From assembly GCA_965601925.1 (NCBI GenBank), contig OZ271854.1, forward strand, positions 384,001-448,000: 64,000 nucleotides of DNA. Reading direction: 5' to 3'. Both the position numbers and the translations under genes were made by a program. This DNA comes from Alkalispirochaeta sp. Its GTDB lineage: Bacteria > Spirochaetota > Spirochaetia > DSM-27196 > Alkalispirochaetaceae. The notes below the pieces were generated by a model that worked only from the letters and a program-made list of their open reading frames with translations, searched no databases and had not been told where the DNA came from. Below, piece after piece: positions 60,166-64,000 of this stretch (the first letter of the stretch is position 1; each line of letters begins with the position of its first letter).

Positions 60166-60262
60166 ATATATGGGGAGTTCGGACCCTTTCCGGACTGAGA
60201 GGAGAGTAGAATGGGCTCTCGACCCTTTGACCTGATCCGGATAATGCCGGCGTAGGGAAGTC
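60166..60262 (+). ncRNA. TPP riboswitch (THI element)
   Basis: GGGG...CTGAGA...ACCCTTTGACCTGATCCGGATAATGCCGGCGTAGGGAAG, upstream of ykoFEDC. Boundaries approximate. Confidence 0.95.
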
Positions 60263-60301
60263 GATACGGTCTCGGTACGAGGTCGTAGACCACGCAAAGC
60301 C

Positions 60302-60330
60302 GGCCGCCATTATGGCGGTCTTTTTTGTTT
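60302..60330 (+). terminator. Riboswitch attenuator terminator
   Basis: GGCCGCC-ATTAT-GGCGGTC followed by TTTTTTGTTT, before the ykoF start. Confidence 0.85.
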
Positions 60331-60366
60331 CAGCCCATCCACCTCCTTCCCCGCGAGGAGGCTTTT

Positions 60367-60978
60367 ATGCGAATCGGCGCGCACATCTCGTTGTATCCCA
60401 TGACCGATCGGTTCGTGGAGACGATTCTACCGGCGGTACGCGCTATCGGCCGCAGAGACGATCTCGACGTCACGACCGACGACGTGAGTACCTTAATCCT
60501 CGGGGAGGCGGCAGCGGTATTCGCCGCCGCCCGGGACGCCTTTGCTTCGACCGCGGCCGGCGGCGTTCACGTCGTCTTAAATGCGCTCTTTTCCCGCGGA
60601 TGCCCGGGGGACTCTTACTGCGCCGCGCAGTCGCCCGACCGGACCGCGGATGATCCGATGTCGGCCACGGCTCCCTCGACGGCGCCCGATCCACCGACAT
60701 CGGCCGACGGAGACGCCATCGAAGCGGCGGCACAGTTCGCGTTGTATCCACTCGGTCTCGACACCTACATGGACGAGATTTATCGTGCGATCGAGACGAC
60801 ACGCACCGGTGGGGCGAGGAGCACATCCAAGAACTTCTGTACGCGCCTCGACGGCACGGCGAGCGCGATCTTTCGCACTTTGTATCGGTCGTTCGTCGAT
60901 GCGACGGCGACACACGTCGTCGTTCACGCGACCGTTTCGGCCAACAGCCCGAGTACGAGAGGAGCGGCAACTCGATGA
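60367..60978 (+). CDS. ykoF: YkoF-family thiamine/HMP-binding protein
   Basis: Duplicated (S/A)LYP ferredoxin-like domains, TDDVST, FSRGCPG and TVSANSPS. GAGGAG SD. Confidence 0.88.
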   Translation: MRIGAHISLYPMTDRFVETILPAVRAIGRRDDLDVTTDDVSTLILGEAAAVFAAARDAFASTAAGGVHVVLNALFSRGCPGDSYCAAQSPDRTADDPMSATAPSTAPDPPTSADGDAIEAAAQFALYPLGLDTYMDEIYRAIETTRTGGARSTSKNFCTRLDGTASAIFRTLYRSFVDATATHVVVHATVSANSPSTRGAATR

Positions 60979-61571
60979 CTACTCGACAGTCTTCCGCGTC
61001 CGGTTGGACTACAAGGGAAAGCGTGGTGGTGGCCGTATCCTCGGCGGTATTCGGTATGTTGTACCTCGCATGGGTTCAGGTGTGGCTCGTGGCCCAGGGA
61101 CTCATAGGCCCGATCGCTATGGACATCGTGTTCGGCTTCTGGTTTGCGGGCTCCACGTTCAACGCGTACGTGATCCGCAAACCGGGCGTCGCCTTTGCGA
61201 CGGCGATGATCGCCGTTGTAGTGCAGATTCTCTCCGGGAATGCGGCCGGCGCCATCCTATTGCTCACCGGTCTCGTCCAAGGCGCCGGCTCCGAGCTACC
61301 GTTCCTCCTCACCCGATGGAGGCGTTATACGTGGCCCGTCATCGTCGCATCCGCGGCGGCGGCGGCGATCATGAGCTTCGTCTACAACTGGGTTCGCTTT
61401 GACTACGGGAATCTCGACGGCGCGCTCTTGATCGCGATGGGATCGTTCCGCCTCGTAAGCGGCGTCGTGCTGGGAGCGATCGTGCCGCGCCTGTTAGCCG
61501 ACCGGTTGATTCGAACCGGCATCTTTGTGGGCCTTGCAATCGATCCGGCGGCGACCGATGGTGTTGACTGA
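60975..61571 (+). CDS. ykoE: ECF transporter S component, YkoE type
   Basis: GFWF...IRKPGVA...GLVQGAGSEL. Confidence 0.88.
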   Translation: MTTRQSSASGWTTRESVVVAVSSAVFGMLYLAWVQVWLVAQGLIGPIAMDIVFGFWFAGSTFNAYVIRKPGVAFATAMIAVVVQILSGNAAGAILLLTGLVQGAGSELPFLLTRWRRYTWPVIVASAAAAAIMSFVYNWVRFDYGNLDGALLIAMGSFRLVSGVVLGAIVPRLLADRLIRTGIFVGLAIDPAATDGVD

Positions 61572-62898
61572 TCGACTTACCGTGACCTATCCCCGCCGCG
61601 GCGCCGCGCTACGGGACACCACCATCGCTCTGGAGCCCGGTTCGACGGCGTGGGTGGTCGGCAACAACGGGTCGGGAAAGAGCACGTTGGGTCTCGCCCT
61701 CGCCGGCCTCATACCGGAGATCGTACCGGCAACACGACGCGGGACGGTAGTGATCGGCGGTCGGGATCCCGCCGCACTCTCGACGCGTGGGCGTGCCACG
61801 TCGGTCGGCGTGGTTCGCCAGGACCCGGAGGCCCAAATCTGTACGTCCTCGATACCGAGCGAACTCGCCTTCACGTTGGAGAATCGCGCCGCTCCGGCCG
61901 AGACAATCGCACAATGCGTCGGGCGAACGATGCGGGAGTGGGATCTCGGCCACCTTTCGGACCGCCCGCTACACACGCTGAGCGGCGGGGAAAAGCAGCT
62001 CGTCGCGATTGCGGCGGTCGCCGTCGCGCCGCCGCCGCTGTTCATCGTCGACGAACCCGCCGCCTATCTCGATGAGGAGCACCGAGCACTCGTGTACCGG
62101 TCTCTCGTCGAGTTGCGGAGTCGCCGTCCCGAGATGATCATGCTCATCGTGGAGCACCGCACCGACGGCCTCCCGGAACCGGACGTCGTCTTTCGGTGCG
62201 TCGACGGGCGTGTTGTCGTCGCCGACACTCCCCCACGACGCTGGGGTACCTCGTTTCCTCGTCTATCGTCGCAGCCGTTGCGCGACCGCATCGCGCTCTC
62301 CGTCGAAGGGCTCTCGTTCCGGTGGGAGTCTGTCGACCGCGCCCCTCGGATGCTCTTCCGAGAGTTCGATCTTCGCGTTCGGCACGGTGAGATCGTCGTC
62401 GTCCGTGGACCCAACGGATGCGGCAAGACGACACTCCTCAGACTCATTGCCGGGGCGCTGAACGGAGCGGCGGGACGGATTATCGCCGAGGATATCGCCT
62501 ACGTCCCGCAAAACCCCGAGCACCTATTCGTCTCCTACCGCGTCCGGGATGAACTCATCCAGGGGAGCCGCGGCGACCCGGGGCGGGCGGCGTTCATCGC
62601 CCGGCGGTTCGGTCTCGAGGAGCTGTGGGACGCGAACCCGTACGAGCTCTCAAGCGGCCAACAACGACGCGTGAGCATTGCAATCGCCGCAGCCGGCGGC
62701 GCCTCGTTGGTGTTATTGGATGAGCCGACTTTCGCGTTGGACGAGGAGGGAGTCGTGAGACTCATCGAAACGATGGAGGCGTTGCGGGCCGAGGGATCCG
62801 CCCAACTTGTCGTCACGCACGACCGCCGATTCGCCGAACGGGTGGCTCACCGGTTGGTCACGATCAGGGACGGTCGACCCGTGGAGGAGCGCCCGTGA
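61558..62898 (+). CDS. ykoD: ECF transporter duplicated ATPase
   Basis: Two NBDs: GNNGSGKST/LSGGEKQ/VDEP and GPNGCGKTT/LSSGQQRR/LDEPT. Confidence 0.86.
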   Translation: MVLTDRLTVTYPRRGAALRDTTIALEPGSTAWVVGNNGSGKSTLGLALAGLIPEIVPATRRGTVVIGGRDPAALSTRGRATSVGVVRQDPEAQICTSSIPSELAFTLENRAAPAETIAQCVGRTMREWDLGHLSDRPLHTLSGGEKQLVAIAAVAVAPPPLFIVDEPAAYLDEEHRALVYRSLVELRSRRPEMIMLIVEHRTDGLPEPDVVFRCVDGRVVVADTPPRRWGTSFPRLSSQPLRDRIALSVEGLSFRWESVDRAPRMLFREFDLRVRHGEIVVVRGPNGCGKTTLLRLIAGALNGAAGRIIAEDIAYVPQNPEHLFVSYRVRDELIQGSRGDPGRAAFIARRFGLEELWDANPYELSSGQQRRVSIAIAAAGGASLVLLDEPTFALDEEGVVRLIETMEALRAEGSAQLVVTHDRRFAERVAHRLVTIRDGRPVEERP

Positions 62899-63638
62899 CG
62901 AGCGCCTCCACGTTCTTGGCGCGCGTCAATCCCTTGACCCGCGCCGCCGTATCGGTCGCATACATCATCGTTGCGACCATCGGATCGAGTGCCGCGCTCT
63001 CGGCACTATGGCTCGTCACGGTGAGCGGGGCCACACTCGGTCTCACGACGATCTCGCCCCGCCGCCTTCTCATCCGGATGGTGCCGTTTGCCGTCGTCGG
63101 ACTCGGGTTCGTGTGGATGAATCTCTTCTTTCACCGTAGCGGTGACGTGGCGGTAGGGTTGCGCGCCGGCGGAGAGCTCATGCTGAGGGCCCTGGTATTC
63201 GGCGGCTTCTCGTTGTTTTTCGTTCTCGACATGGATCGGGAGACCTTCGCGCGCTCGCTGATACGGTTTCTCCACGCGCCGCCCCGCGTAGTGTACGCGG
63301 TCATGGTCGCCTTCCGTCTCCTGCCGATTCTTCGCACCGAGTTCGAGACGATTCGTCTCGCCATGCGGTTGCGCGGCATCCCTCGGACACGAGGCCTCGT
63401 CGATCGTGCGACGGCGCTCAAAACGGCGCTCTCCGCGCTATTCGTTGCGTCCATTCGTCGTGCGCAACGACTCGCCGTGGCGCTTGAGGCCCGTGGCCTG
63501 GACGACGGTCCGCGTACGTTCCTTACCTCGCCCCGATTCGGAAGTCGGGACGTGATATTCGCCGCGACGGCGTTGGCTTGCATGGGAATCTCACTGTGGT
63601 TGGTATCGTGGAAGCTCTGGAACGGACGTTTCGTATAA
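62895..63638 (+). CDS. ykoC: ECF transporter T component
   Basis: NPL start, AFRLLPIL, AMRLRG and ALEARG coupling-helix motifs. Confidence 0.86.
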   Translation: MTSASTFLARVNPLTRAAVSVAYIIVATIGSSAALSALWLVTVSGATLGLTTISPRRLLIRMVPFAVVGLGFVWMNLFFHRSGDVAVGLRAGGELMLRALVFGGFSLFFVLDMDRETFARSLIRFLHAPPRVVYAVMVAFRLLPILRTEFETIRLAMRLRGIPRTRGLVDRATALKTALSALFVASIRRAQRLAVALEARGLDDGPRTFLTSPRFGSRDVIFAATALACMGISLWLVSWKLWNGRFV

Positions 63639-63724
63639 GTATTGTCGGCCACGCAGCGGCGAGACTTGCTCGCCCGTACCGTTTCCTCTATGCTATGGAT
63701 GCGATCAAGATCGAGTGTATGTGA

Positions 63725-64000
63725 ATGAGTAGCGATACCGAAGACTTAATCAGACTCTCCTTTTTTACCGACATGGCACAATCGATCGCCTCGGCGATCA
63801 CGCTGGAAGAGACGCTCTCGGAGGTGATGCGCCACGTCGGCGGTATCTTCGCCCCTCGCAACTGGTCTCTCCTCCTTCGCGACGCAAAGACCGACGAGTT
63901 GGTATTCACACTGGTCACCGGCGGCGGCGAAGTCGACAAGCTCAGGGGACGTCGACTGGCTTCCGGGAAGGGGATCGCCGGATGGATCGCCGCACATCAA
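63725..64000 (+). CDS. GAF-domain sensor protein, partial (N-terminus typical of GAF-GGDEF proteins)
   Basis: Hand translation: MSSDTEDLIRLSFFTDMAQSIASAITLEETL...NWSLLLRD...ELVFTLVTG...GKGIAGWIA. Runs off the window, so the output domain is not visible. Confidence 0.8.
   Translation, partial: MSSDTEDLIRLSFFTDMAQSIASAITLEETLSEVMRHVGGIFAPRNWSLLLRDAKTDELVFTLVTGGGEVDKLRGRRLASGKGIAGWIAAHQ

Overview
GC-rich bacterial chromosome segment, most likely from a free-living spirochaete. The evidence is an archaeal/eukaryote-type PheRS, HprK/HPr beside rpoN in a diderm with lptCAB, a stand-alone cheR-cheB pair, and spirochaete-style solute-binding proteins. Core genes: pheST, uvrC, thrH, cheRB and a long co-directional pyrG-lptCAB-rpoN-hpf-hprK-ptsH-ntrY/ntrX-like-lexA-holA run. 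Accessory blocks: an amino-acid-type ABC system, an AraC/VOC patch, a glycine-betaine OpuA/ProU system, a PAS hybrid kinase + CheB/CheR fusion, a GH43 xyloside locus, a rare-ketose locus, a tandem-domain lipoprotein and a TPP-riboswitch ykoFEDC ECF transporter. I saw no rRNA, tRNA, CRISPR array or transposase. Best leads: (1) a cNMP-binding + nucleoside-phosphorylase-fold protein translationally coupled to an orphan ParA that lacks the Soj DNA-binding arginines; (2) an unrecognised NDK-like protein overlapping the end of pheT; (3) a Cys-free A-(G/S)-G-x-x-E motif shared by all four solute-binding proteins; (4) a near-leaderless pyrG promoter that may sense CTP by start-site switching; (5) a putative new ketose pathway. 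All family calls come from reading motifs by eye; no searches were run. Several start codons were moved from the ORF track to SD-supported starts.
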